Source of the DNA: a virus
Direction: 5' to 3' (one strand)
Virus record (IMG/VR): IMGVR_UViG_3300021479_000015
Span: 4,223 to 68,222 of that record
DNA length: 64,000 bases
Shown in pieces: positions 9,046 to 18,275 of the stretch. The notes beneath the pieces are model-generated. The model was not told the DNA's origin, did not search any database, and saw only the letters and a list, made by a program, of their open reading frames with translations. The position numbers were made by a program, and so were the translations under genes. Position 1 is the first letter of the stretch. Each line of letters opens with the position of its first letter.

Positions 9046-9299
9046 TCTGCCGGCTCATAGGTCGCTGCGAAGATGTCGGGCTTGCAAGGATAAATCTCAC
9101 CCTTAACCCCTTGGATAATCCAGTCATCAGGATCGGCTCGCATGTTCCCTTCAAGCGTCTTGATGATAAGACAGTTGCCGGGGCCGACATCGTAATTGGT
9201 CGTGATGAACCAGTGCGGGATATAGCCGTCAGTTGATGCGTGACCCATCGGCTTCCATTGAAACGCCTCGATCACCACTGGCTTCTTTCGGTACTTCAT
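9042..9299 (-). CDS. conserved phage protein (PGDYG-like)
   Basis: KYRKKPVVIEAFQW..IKTLEG..DDWIIQGVKGEIYPCKPDIF. Confidence 0.8.
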   Translation of the reverse strand: MKYRKKPVVIEAFQWKPMGHASTDGYIPHWFITTNYDVGPGNCLIIKTLEGNMRADPDDWIIQGVKGEIYPCKPDIFAATYEPAE

Positions 9300-9514
9300 T
9301 TTAATTCCAAACTCCCAAGCAACGCAACTTTCGCCCTGTCCAGCAACCAGTTCGCTTGAGCTACCGTCATGCCGTCGTCCAGCAGCACGAGATTTCCATT
9401 CGCCAGCTCCGACAACACCAAAATATTCGGAAGCTCCATCAGCTTGGCGGCACCCAAAACCTCGTCAACCGAATGAAACGTGCGCGGGATGCGCAAAAGT
9501 TGCGGGTCACTCAT
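9296..9514 (-). CDS. hypothetical protein
   Basis: 72-aa coupled ORF. Confidence 0.6.
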   Translation of the reverse strand: MSDPQLLRIPRTFHSVDEVLGAAKLMELPNILVLSELANGNLVLLDDGMTVAQANWLLDRAKVALLGSLELK

Positions 9515-9713
9515 CGGCTTGCCCCGCGTCAGCGGAGTTGAGCACCTGCTTTTCAGTCAGTTTTGCACGACCGTTATCAATACGGCGATCGGCGGGTGCT
9601 AGCATCCCCGCCTCCATAGTTCTCTGAAAGAAAGAACGGCGACTCCTAACAACATAGCGCAACACGCGCCTATGATGAAAATGACACCCCAATCAAAGAG
9701 AGAGAAAATGATT

Positions 9714-9911
9714 TCATCCCTGGTCACTTTGCGGCTCCTCCTTGCGCAAGGGTCTGCCACGCAGGAGCGCAACAAGCGCGGGGTCAACCTTGATCCACTC
9801 TTGAAGAACAAAGTTTATCTGTTGCGTCACCGTGCGGCGCTCCTTCTTGGCAACCTTGCGCAGCACGCGTTTCACATCCTCGGGGAGGCGGATGGTGGTG
9901 GGATAGGGCAT
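9714..9911 (-). CDS. Arc-like ribbon-helix-helix regulator
   Basis: TTIRLPEDVKRVLRKVAKKERRTVTQQINFVL. Confidence 0.75.
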   Translation of the reverse strand: MPYPTTIRLPEDVKRVLRKVAKKERRTVTQQINFVLQEWIKVDPALVALLRGRPLRKEEPQSDQG

Positions 9912-9915
9912 CTAC

Positions 9916-10089
9916 TTAAACAAAGCCCTTCTCCTCCGCCAACCACTGCGGCATGGTGAACGTTCCGTCGCCGTTATCTTCCACCTGGCTCTTGGGCACC
10001 CACTCCTGCACGTTACCGTCGAACAGGAGGTAGGCAAGCTTCGTCTCCGCGCGTATCTCCGCAGCGAGATCGAACAGCTCGTTGCTCAT
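9916..10089 (-). CDS. small conserved phage protein
   Basis: ETKLAYLL..EWVPKSQV..TMPQWLAEEKGF; ATG 10089. Confidence 0.65.
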   Translation of the reverse strand: MSNELFDLAAEIRAETKLAYLLFDGNVQEWVPKSQVEDNGDGTFTMPQWLAEEKGFV

Positions 10090-10239
10090 CGCAGCGCCGC
10101 CCGAATGCACATCCAGCCCAACAGCAGCATCTCCTTGCGGCTCATGCGCCACTTCGTCTCGATCTGTGGATTGAGATCGGAAACGTGCAACATCCCATCC
10201 CGATAGGCGAGTTTGGGGCCGGCCGGATGCCAAAAAGGG

Positions 10240-10569
10240 TCATAGGCGCTTCTCAATGATGTGCGCGACCGCGCGTAGTTGCGCCATCGACATCACGAAC
10301 ACCTGCGGAGCGCCCCAACTGTCGGCGTAGCCCGTCAGGATCGCCCCGACAGCATGCCCATGAGCGTCCTTGACCTGGTGGATGAAGCTGCGCAGCACCA
10401 GATCGTCGTCGTGCTTGAGCGCGGCGTCCTTCGCCTCGCGCGCTGCCTTTTCATGCTGCGTCACGACTGCGATTTCTGGCGCGTAAGACGGACGCAGCTT
10501 CACCACTTTCGCCTTGCGCGCTCTTTGCATCTTGGCAGCCAGTTGCCTGGAGGCATACACTTTTGGCAT
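10240..10569 (-). CDS. hypothetical protein
   Basis: AAGGAG SD before ATG 10569. Confidence 0.6.
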   Translation of the reverse strand: MPKVYASRQLAAKMQRARKAKVVKLRPSYAPEIAVVTQHEKAAREAKDAALKHDDDLVLRSFIHQVKDAHGHAVGAILTGYADSWGAPQVFVMSMAQLRAVAHIIEKRL

Positions 10570-10667
10570 GCGGGAACTCCTTGAAGGGCAACCCCGGTGG
10601 CGCGTCGGGGGGCTGGGGGGTGGCACCACCGGGGACGCGCCGATCGGGGATGGAGCGGCGCGCGGGT

Positions 10668-10699
10668 GTAGTCTTAGGCACTACGGTTGAGGGTGTCAA
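10668..10699 (-). promoter_or_regulatory. promoter with the shared operator in inverted orientation
   Basis: TTGACA at 10694-10699; GTAGTGCCTAAGACTAC on the minus strand at 10668-10684. Confidence 0.6.
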
Positions 10700-11176
10700 G
10701 AGGCGGGCGAATTATTTCGCGCGTGTCGGGATCCCAGATGATATGCCCACGCCGCCAAAGGCGCTTCGCGAGCAGTACTTCCGCGCGAGGACGCATGGCG
10801 CGATTGATAAGCGCTTCGAACTCCGCGGCTGAACGCAGAGGAGGGAGGCGGCGCTTCAACTCGCGACGCGCCAGGCGATCCGCCGCCCACCAGAGGCGGT
10901 TGATATCAACCAACACTGCGATCTAGCCCCACTCTTCTCGAAAGGTTGCCGTGCTCGTCTTTTGTAAAAGGCAGCGATAAGGGTGCAGGCTTGCGCGCAC
11001 GCTTATGACGCGTCCTAAATCTCTCCACATGGAATTTCTGCGCGCGAAGCGCTGCCTGCCGCAACCGTTCCTCCATCGACTGCCGGTGTTTCATTCTTCG
11101 TCATCCACTTGCCAGCAGAGAAACGCGAAGTACGCGAGCTGCAGGGCGCCGATGGCGAGGAGGAGATGGAGGAGGG

Positions 11177-11992
11177 TCATTTCAACGCTGACTTGATGAA
11201 CTGCGCCGCGCATTGCGGGACGATGGCGTTACCGAAGGCGCCGACTTGAGCCACGCGATGGGATAACCCATGAACACCGCCGCCCAGGACGGGTTGATCA
11301 GTCCAGTCGTCCCTGGAAACGCAGCGCGCAACGTCGTGCTCAAATCCGTTCCTCGTTGCGACTCCTGACGCATTCGCGCCGTTCGTTCCGGCTTTGCGCC
11401 TCCACGATAATCGTGCTTGGTCAAAGTGGAAAGCAACCTTCGATGCCGCTTCCACTTCTGCATGCTCGGCATGAACAAATTCATCTTGGCGGTGAGTGTC
11501 GGAAGCAACCCACCACCAGCGTTGCCGTTCGTGCTCAGCTCCGACACTGCAAGCAGGCAATACCGCCGCCGCAAAGGCGTAATCGATTCCTTCCACGTCA
11601 GTACACACGAGGTCGAGCCAAACTTTAGCGCGCGCAACCTGCTCTCCAAGGACGATTGCAGGGCGGCAGACGCTGATGAGGTGGAAATAGTGGGGCCACA
11701 GGTGCCGCTCGTCAGCAAACCCGCGGCGCTTGCCCGCCGCGCTGAAAGGCTGGCAAGGACACGATCCCGTCCATAACGGGAGATCATCAGGGATACTTGC
11801 AAGGCGTAAGGCGCGTGACCAACCGCCGATGCCAGCGAAGAAGTGGCATTGGGTGTAGGCGAGAAGCTCGTTAGGGGCGATGTCGCGGATGTCACGTTCG
11901 TCCACGTCTCCGGGAGCGATAAGCTTAGCAACGATGAGGTTGCGCAGCCACTGCGCGCAGTAGGGGTCGATCTCGTTGTAATAGGCGGGCAT
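11177..11992 (-). CDS. C5 DNA cytosine methyltransferase, large subunit
   Basis: HFFAGIGG (I), GSCPCQPFS (IV), GEQV (VI), HERQR (VIII), GNAIVP (X); no motif IX in this frame. Confidence 0.9.
   Translation of the reverse strand: MPAYYNEIDPYCAQWLRNLIVAKLIAPGDVDERDIRDIAPNELLAYTQCHFFAGIGGWSRALRLASIPDDLPLWTGSCPCQPFSAAGKRRGFADERHLWPHYFHLISVCRPAIVLGEQVARAKVWLDLVCTDVEGIDYAFAAAVLPACSVGAEHERQRWWWVASDTHRQDEFVHAEHAEVEAASKVAFHFDQARLSWRRKAGTNGANASGVATRNGFEHDVARCVSRDDWTDQPVLGGGVHGLSHRVAQVGAFGNAIVPQCAAQFIKSALK
11182..11931 (-). CDS. overprinted C5 methyltransferase small subunit (motif IX); start uncertain
   Basis: alternative frame open through the gene, ending LINPSWAAVFMGYPIAW. Confidence 0.7.
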   Translation of the reverse strand: MLSLSLPETWTNVTSATSPLTSFSPTPNATSSLASAVGHAPYALQVSLMISRYGRDRVLASLSARRASAAGLLTSGTCGPTISTSSASAALQSSLESRLRALKFGSTSCVLTWKESITPLRRRYCLLAVSELSTNGNAGGGLLPTLTAKMNLFMPSMQKWKRHRRLLSTLTKHDYRGGAKPERTARMRQESQRGTDLSTTLRAAFPGTTGLINPSWAAVFMGYPIAWLKSAPSVTPSSRNARRSSSSQR

Positions 11993-11999
11993 TTGAAAG

Positions 12000-12028
12000 A
12001 GCGTAGTGCCAGTGACTACGTTTTTCAA
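12000..12028 (-). promoter_or_regulatory. sigma70-like leaderless promoter with the shared operator
   Basis: TTGAAA-N17-TACGCT, ATG 7 nt downstream; operator 12003-12019. Confidence 0.7.
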
Positions 12029-12374
12029 GCTTTTTATTTTTCCTGGGGGAGCGTGGGGGTTGGCGTACTCAAAAAACAACCGGAGCGCGTCCCGGTCGGT
12101 TGATTAAACCGGCCGAAATAGCCTGAAAACACTTAGGTTCGATCGAGTGCCTGGTAGGTCACATATGGGCTCGAGCGGTTCACGTAAAGTTGATATTAGT
12201 TGATACTACGTGATACGCGACGCTGAATTGCAAAGCAAATCAAGGCGATAAGTAGTTTCGAACTTGTAAGTGTCGAACGTCGTGATGGGCGTTGGGCGCC
12301 TGGCGGGAGGTGTTGGGTGCTCGACGTCGAGCGCGAGCGGCTAAAATTCGCGCGTTCAACGCGACGGAGAAAAC

Positions 12375-12704
12375 GTGCAACCAAAATATGCGCCAGATGC
12401 TCGCCGGCACATTGTAACGGATGCGTTTGAAATGCTCGGGCTAACAAATAGCGCCGCGCGCAAGCGCCTGGACAATCGCGCGAGCCCGACAGCTGTTAGC
12501 CTCTGGCGATCGGGCAAACGCGCAATACCGCAATGGGCGGCCGAGCTATTGGCGAACGATATGTGCTGGAAAGCCAATCGGCTCTACGAAAGCGCTAAAA
12601 TGCTCAAAAGCATTGCCACCAATGGCAAACGCGGCGGATCCCACCGCGCCCTAATGGCTTGGCAAGCTCGCAGGCTCGCCCAAAAAGAAAAGGCAGCCGA
12701 CTAA
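12375..12704 (+). CDS. putative HTH DNA-binding protein
   Basis: ASPTAVSLWRSGKRAIP resembles an XRE recognition helix. Confidence 0.5.
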   Translation: MQPKYAPDARRHIVTDAFEMLGLTNSAARKRLDNRASPTAVSLWRSGKRAIPQWAAELLANDMCWKANRLYESAKMLKSIATNGKRGGSHRALMAWQARRLAQKEKAAD

Positions 12705-12749
12705 GGTTGCCCTCCTCAAAACGCATAGGCGACGTTAACGCACGGAGAG

Positions 12750-13127
12750 TCAATCCTCTCCGTAAGCCGATTCGATTTGCTCGCCGCAATGCTCGCAACG
12801 CAAGTCGTCATCTTCGTAGTTAATGTCGCACACGAGCACGCGCCATCCCGATCCGTCCTTGCGATCGATCGCGCTCATAACGTTGCGCGCTTCACTCTCG
12901 CCGCATCCAAAGCATAACGGCGCGCCATCCGAGCAAATCAAGTACATTGGATACCCGCCAGGCCACGCGAATCGCCCGGCGCGCAACGTCGCCTTGAACT
13001 CTGCGACCGTTCGTATCTCCGCATAGGTACGCTTGTAGTTCGGCCGCAGCGGCTTTCTTGCCCAATTCGCATCGCGCGTATCGTGCAAAGCACCGTCACA
13101 GTCACTCACGAAAAAATGATCTAGCAT
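12750..13127 (-). CDS. hypothetical early protein with Cys pairs
   Basis: FAWPGGYP, LCFGC, CEHCG; SD upstream. Confidence 0.7.
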   Translation of the reverse strand: MLDHFFVSDCDGALHDTRDANWARKPLRPNYKRTYAEIRTVAEFKATLRAGRFAWPGGYPMYLICSDGAPLCFGCGESEARNVMSAIDRKDGSGWRVLVCDINYEDDDLRCEHCGEQIESAYGED

Positions 13128-13855
13128 GTCACTCCCCTTTCGTTGGATAGTTCACTTCCGGCAGCAAGTAGCGCGACATTTCCAGCTGCGGCGCCCGAGG
13201 AAGCTTGCGCACGATGTCCGCTATGCCACGCTCCATCTCCGCAATCGCGCGCCCTTCGCGCGACCATGGTTTGACCTCTTTGCGTTTGCTCATTGACTAA
13301 ACCCCACTGCGGCAAATGCCCACTCGGCAGCAGTCTCTTTGTTTTGCCCACTTCCCAAAGCAAGCTGATAGAATTGGAGCCAGTGGCGAAACTTAACGTC
13401 GCTAAGACGTTTCAATTTCTCGACCTTGGTCGCCACACCAGCCTCCTCTAATTCCCCTTCCACCCAATCGCGAGCACTCCCCTTATTTACTCTTTACTGC
13501 TCTCAGAGTCAAGCGCGCTATTCTGCGCGCTTAACGCTTCGCACCATTTGCGCTCAAGCCAATTCTCGTTATCAGGCGAATTGAGAGCCAAAATCATCGG
13601 CTGCAAGCATCGCCAAGCAGCATGGCACTTAGCCTGCGTCGGGCATTGAGCATGAATGCAGCCAATATACATTGCTTAACCCCTCGGTAACCGAATCACG
13701 CGCAATACGTTGCCTTCCTGCAACACTGCCCTAGGACGCCCACAAACCGTTGCCCATGCGCGTAGCTCGGGCGCTATCAATTCCACCTGCCTTGCCGTGA
13801 TAGGCCACTGTGCGACCTTCTGGCGCCCTTCGTAGAGGGTTAGGAGGGTCATGGC

Positions 13856-14335
13856 TTACTCCCCGAACCAGAAGCATTGCGCGTAGGCGAGCAGGATTTG
13901 CTCAGAATCGTAATCGTCTGCGATTGGCGCAACCGATTTGCGAACAAGCGGCCGAATCGCTGTCCAAGGCTGAAACCAGTCTTGAACCTCCAGGCGCGCG
14001 GTCTGCGGCTCGCAATGCTCGCTCAGCTCGCCCACAATGCGGCACGCGGGACCGCCCGTGCAAAGCAGTATCTCGTATTCGGCCGGCGCTTCGCTTGCGG
14101 CGCCCGGCGCATACCACCCCGATCGCACTTGCACCGAAAGCGCGTCCTCTTCGATCGCGCGCTGCGCCTCTTCGCGCTTACGATCCCACTCGCGCGAGCC
14201 TTCAAGGTCCGTGCGATCCGTGGCGCGCAACGCCTCGACCATTTCCTTGATCGACTCGAATTGCGCTTGGCCTTGGCGCTTCGCGTCCGCTAGTTTGTCC
14301 TCGCGCTCAGTCTGTATCGTGGTAATCTCGCGCAT
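13856..14335 (-). CDS. hypothetical early protein
   Basis: 159-aa ORF (EILLCTGGPACRI) with purine-rich SD. Confidence 0.7.
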   Translation of the reverse strand: MREITTIQTEREDKLADAKRQGQAQFESIKEMVEALRATDRTDLEGSREWDRKREEAQRAIEEDALSVQVRSGWYAPGAASEAPAEYEILLCTGGPACRIVGELSEHCEPQTARLEVQDWFQPWTAIRPLVRKSVAPIADDYDSEQILLAYAQCFWFGE

Positions 14336-14399
14336 CGTCCTTCCCCTATCTTCCCACCCGCACCATCGCGGGATAGCTATCCTTATAAAGAGTAATCAG

Positions 14400-14640
14400 C
14401 TTAAATCCAATCACAATTTCGTGAGGCTGAAGGGATGAAGGCTGAAGGGTTTTTTTCACATCGCGATTCTGAGTCGTTCATCTACATTACCCTTTGGTAA
14501 TGTTCGACGTATCCTAAATTAGCCTACAAGTGTGTAGCCACGTAAGGACTCTTATTAACTATTCATACTATTCAACTATTCAGTAGTATAATAAAAACAG
14601 AGGCTTATGGCTGAAGGATTCCTGAAAGCATGAAGGGTTT
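14400..14640. other. putative replication origin
   Basis: AT-rich non-coding tract after primase-helicase with repeated (GGC)TGAAGG and three ACTATTCA copies. Confidence 0.5.
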
Positions 14641-16955
14641 TAGCCTGTTTTCCACTCTTCAAGGCTATTTTCCCAATTCCAACCACCATATCGCTTTTCC
14701 CAAATTTGGCGACACTTGGGTAAATTTGTCAACTTCCAAACGTTCCCACGCTCGGTATGAAGCCTTAAACTGCTATTTTGTCGTAAAAACCGGCCCAAGG
14801 CTGAAGGATTTATGTCGCTCGGACGGCTCGCGTGCTCCCTGGCGCTCTCTAAAAGCCATGCTGCCGATACCTGCCCAGGCTTATCTTTGGCTAAGGCTGC
14901 CGGCAGGACGCCGCGTTGCAAGAACTCTTCCCACCATGCCGCGATCGGGTTAAGCGACATTTCCTTTTGATGGCGGAGCGCGGTGCTCTGTATAATGTGC
15001 CGGGGGTGCCAATCCCTTAAGTTCACCCGCAGGAGGTCGAACAACATGGCGCCCAGCCCGCCAGCGTTCAACTCTTCGTGAAGCGAGTCGAAATACGCGC
15101 GATCGCCTACGCGATCGTTGCTCACGTCGAACATGGCGAAGCGCCGCTCATCATGCGAAGCTGGAATCACCCATTCGGCGTTGGCGGCCATGATGACGTG
15201 CAGGCGGTTTTCCCACAGCACCGCGTCCACGCCCTTCTGCTCTATGACGAGCGCCCTTTCTGTGAGCATTCCCTTGAGCACCGACTCGCCTTGCTTGTCG
15301 CCGGCCCAGAAGGCTTCGTCCGCGAACAAGAGGAGGCAATTGCGCAAGTGCCCGTTGAACGCGCCCACCAGATGCTTGGAATTGAACACTTGCAACCCGT
15401 GCGCCCCGAAGATTCGCACCAGCGCGTTGGCGAAGGTCCCCTTGCCCGAGCCCTTGCCACCTCTGAAGACCAGGGCGACCTCTGCCCGCTCGCCGGGGTG
15501 CTGCACCGCCCATGCGGCGAACTTGATGATATACCCTGCGGCCGCGGGATCGCCGGCTGCCAGCACCTCGGTTATGTGGCGCTTCATCAGCGCCCATTCA
15601 CCCTGCGCAGCATGGGCCGCGAAGCCGGCCCAGAGGTTCAGGGCGCCGTTCTCCAAGACCTTCGGCCCATTAGGTATGAGATCAATACCTTCGTAGGACT
15701 CCCTACCGGGCCACTTGAGCCAATGGGCGCCCAGCGGCTTATGCTCGTCCGCGATCTTCACATATCTATTACCATAGCGTTCGGCAAAGCTCTTAAAGGA
15801 TTGAAATGATGGGACTTTAAGGGCACGGTCGATCTTGCTGGGCACCCACGACAGGACAAGGCATTTTCCCCCTACGTCGCCGATGACGGAGTATCTTTCA
15901 TTCAATTGAATCAGGGGGTTGTTGCTTCTTTGTTTAGTCAAGGCTTCAGGCAGAGCAGGGACGCCGTTCATCCTTGGCGGCATCCATCCCGGCTGGGCGG
16001 CGCGCGCTTCGTGCACGAGTGTTCCGTAGCCGATTTGGGTCGGGGGCGAGGTGGCGAAGTGCTGCCAGCGGCCAGCGGTCGAATTTAATCCGTTATCTGG
16101 GTTGTGTTTGCGGGAGCGCGCCCCCCACTGTTGCGCCAATTCTAGCCCTTCGGGCGAGCCCGCGGTGCTTGCCCATGCCGCCATCATGATGCGGTTCCAG
16201 TCCTCCCACTCGCGGTCGGGATTGGGGATGACTTCAAGCGCCGCGGCCACGTCCTCGATCGGAGGTAATTCCTCGACGCTGGCGGCTTCGCTGATGCGCC
16301 TAGTGGCTGGCAGCACAGGCAGCCATGCGGGCCGATCCGTCTCGCGCGCGCGGGGCCGCCTAGCGCCTCCTTGTGCCAGCACCCACTCCGCGAACCACGT
16401 GGGCAGTTCTGCGATCGGCTCGCTATTGAGCCATTCGTAGCGCCCCCCCTTGGCGCTCACGCTGGGAGGCAGAAGCACGTAGCCGCCGGCCGTCTTGATG
16501 TCTATGCCGTCGTCGCCCTTGTGGGCGCGCGGCATGGCCCAGCACTTGAGCACCACCCCCGGCGGAGCGTGGTAGTATAAGTGGAGGCCGCCGCGCGGCG
16601 TGCGCGCTGCCAGCGTCAAGGGCATCCCGCCGTGTTCAGCCGCCATTTGAGCAAGTTGCGCCATGGCGTTCGGCCCGTCAGGATCCACGATCACGATGTC
16701 TTGACCGGGGGCGAACCCAATATTCGCCCGCGGGCGTTTAGCCCACATGGCGCGGATTGCATCGGAATCAGTGGTGGCGTCGAGGTGGCCGTGCGACCCT
16801 TTGAAGGGGATCTTGTAGCCCGACAGCGAAAAGACGGGCCAGCCTTGCGCGGCGTAAGCGAGAGCGTGATCGAGCATGCGCAACCTCTTGCGTTTCTTGA
16901 TGAGGTGCGCTACATCGGGTGGGTCCTCCCTGGACGTTGCCCTGTTTTGGCGCAC
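14640..16955 (-). CDS. primase-polymerase / PriCT / SF3 helicase fusion (start may be ATG 16877)
   Basis: GWPVF, IVDPD, TPRGGLHLYY, GIDIK..GGYVLLPPS; Walker A GGKGSGKGT; FADE. Confidence 0.9.
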   Translation of the reverse strand: MRQNRATSREDPPDVAHLIKKRKRLRMLDHALAYAAQGWPVFSLSGYKIPFKGSHGHLDATTDSDAIRAMWAKRPRANIGFAPGQDIVIVDPDGPNAMAQLAQMAAEHGGMPLTLAARTPRGGLHLYYHAPPGVVLKCWAMPRAHKGDDGIDIKTAGGYVLLPPSVSAKGGRYEWLNSEPIAELPTWFAEWVLAQGGARRPRARETDRPAWLPVLPATRRISEAASVEELPPIEDVAAALEVIPNPDREWEDWNRIMMAAWASTAGSPEGLELAQQWGARSRKHNPDNGLNSTAGRWQHFATSPPTQIGYGTLVHEARAAQPGWMPPRMNGVPALPEALTKQRSNNPLIQLNERYSVIGDVGGKCLVLSWVPSKIDRALKVPSFQSFKSFAERYGNRYVKIADEHKPLGAHWLKWPGRESYEGIDLIPNGPKVLENGALNLWAGFAAHAAQGEWALMKRHITEVLAAGDPAAAGYIIKFAAWAVQHPGERAEVALVFRGGKGSGKGTFANALVRIFGAHGLQVFNSKHLVGAFNGHLRNCLLLFADEAFWAGDKQGESVLKGMLTERALVIEQKGVDAVLWENRLHVIMAANAEWVIPASHDERRFAMFDVSNDRVGDRAYFDSLHEELNAGGLGAMLFDLLRVNLRDWHPRHIIQSTALRHQKEMSLNPIAAWWEEFLQRGVLPAALAKDKPGQVSAAWLLESAREHASRPSDINPSALGRFLRQNSSLRLHTERGNVWKLTNLPKCRQIWEKRYGGWNWENSLEEWKTG

Positions 16956-17054
16956 CTCGACCCCGGCTCATAACCGGGGTCGCTTGCTTTCGAGGCTACC
17001 CCCGAACCTTTGCCTTGCCCATCACATTTTTGTGTTTACCCCGCGTCAGCGGGG

Positions 17055-17083
17055 TTGACTTACTCTTTGCGTTGGAGTAGAGA
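17055..17083 (+). promoter_or_regulatory. candidate promoter of the rightward operon
   Basis: TTGACT-N17-TAGAGA, then GGAGG SD and ATG 17110. Confidence 0.45.
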
Positions 17084-17109
17084 GTAGTAGTCAGCAACGG
17101 GAGGCTTTC

Positions 17110-17436
17110 ATGTTTCAGCAGGATATCGAAGAGACTCCGGTCATCTTTCGAATCGAGCGGCGCAAAGGTGGCGAGGTCACTGCCGTATTTCCGTGCGAGC
17201 CGAACGATATAAATGGGCGCACCATGACGTGTTACGCGCATGTCGGGCAGCACGGCGGATGCTCGCATCAATTCGCGTGGAGCGGTCGGCGCGCAAAGCC
17301 GGAAGAATACGCCGCGCTCAAGGCAGAGTTGGAAGGCGCCCCTTACGGTTACCGCTTGAAGGTGTACAAGCGCATCCAACCTTCACACCGCAAGGCGTTC
17401 GACGCCGAAGTGCGCCGGCTGCAGAGTAGAGAGTAG
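17110..17436 (+). CDS. hypothetical phage protein
   Basis: GGAGG SD; TCYAHVGQH. Confidence 0.75.
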   Translation: MFQQDIEETPVIFRIERRKGGEVTAVFPCEPNDINGRTMTCYAHVGQHGGCSHQFAWSGRRAKPEEYAALKAELEGAPYGYRLKVYKRIQPSHRKAFDAEVRRLQSRE

Positions 17437-17462
17437 TGCTCAAACCGCCAAAGGGGAGAAAG

Positions 17463-18275
17463 ATGATCAAATTTGACATATTGAACCGTTGGACTGCGAA
17501 AGTTCAATTCACTGCTGAGATTGATTGCTCGGAAGACACTAAGCCTTCAATCAGACTTGGTTTGGCCGTAAAACGGGCGATCAACACAGACGCCGACCTC
17601 GCGGGCGCCTACCTCGCGGGCGCCGACCTCTCGGGCGCCAACCTCTCGGGCGCCGACCTCGCGGGCGCCAACCTCGCGCTCGCCAACCTCGCGGACGCTG
17701 ACCTCGCGCGCGCCAACCTCGCGGGCGCCAACCTCGCGGGCGCCAACCTCGCGCGCGCCAACCTCGCGGGCGCCGACCTCGCGGGCGCCGACCTCGCGGG
17801 CGCCGACCTCGCGGGCGCCACCCTCACGAGCGCCAACCTCACGAGCGCCAACCTCGCGGGCGCCGACCTCGCGGGCGCCGACCTCGCGGGCGCCGACCTC
17901 GCGGGCGCCGACCTCGCGCGCGCCAACCTCGCGGGCACTGTCAAAATCGAAGAAAAAGATATCCCGGTTATCCCCAATATCGACGACACGATCTTGGCCG
18001 CGATCGAGGCTGGCGGTGAACTGGACATGTCGAGCTGGCATGGCTCCGGCGGCTGGTGTGGCACAACGCACTGCCGTGCCGGTTGGGCGATTCATCTCGC
18101 GGGTGAGTCCGGCAAGGCGCTTGAGGACAAAGTGGGGCCTTACATTGCTGGCGCGATGATCTATCGCGCTTCGCGTCCCGATCAACCTGCACCGTGGTTC
18201 TTCGCACCACAAGAAAAAGCGATGGCCGACATTCGTAAATGTGCTGCCGAGCAAAACCCTGCTCGAAATCAATGA
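17463..18275 (+). CDS. pentapeptide-repeat protein
   Basis: 23 A(D/N)LxG-type repeats, then a domain with [12 protein letters not shown]. Confidence 0.9.
   Translation: MIKFDILNRWTAKVQFTAEIDCSEDTKPSIRLGLAVKRAINTDADLAGAYLAGADLSGANLSGADLAGANLALANLADADLARANLAGANLAGANLARANLAGADLAGADLAGADLAGATLTSANLTSANLAGADLAGADLAGADLAGADLARANLAGTVKIEEKDIPVIPNIDDTILAAIEAGGELDMSSWHGSGGWCGTTHCRAGWAIHLAGESGKALEDKVGPYIAGAMIYRASRPDQPAPWFFAPQEKAMADIRKCAAEQNPARNQ
17592..17936 (+). repeat. 15-bp tandem repeat x23 (consensus GCCRACCTCGCGGGC)
   Basis: directly visible. Confidence 0.95.

Noticed and set aside
10570-10667. HDV-like ribozyme or H-type pseudoknot
   Set aside because: No P4/J4-2 elements, and the two stems overlap with no connecting loops, so they are better read as alternatives
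17592-17936. Possible CRISPR array or DGR variable region
   Set aside because: Units are contiguous with no spacers, and no reverse transcriptase or template repeat is visible
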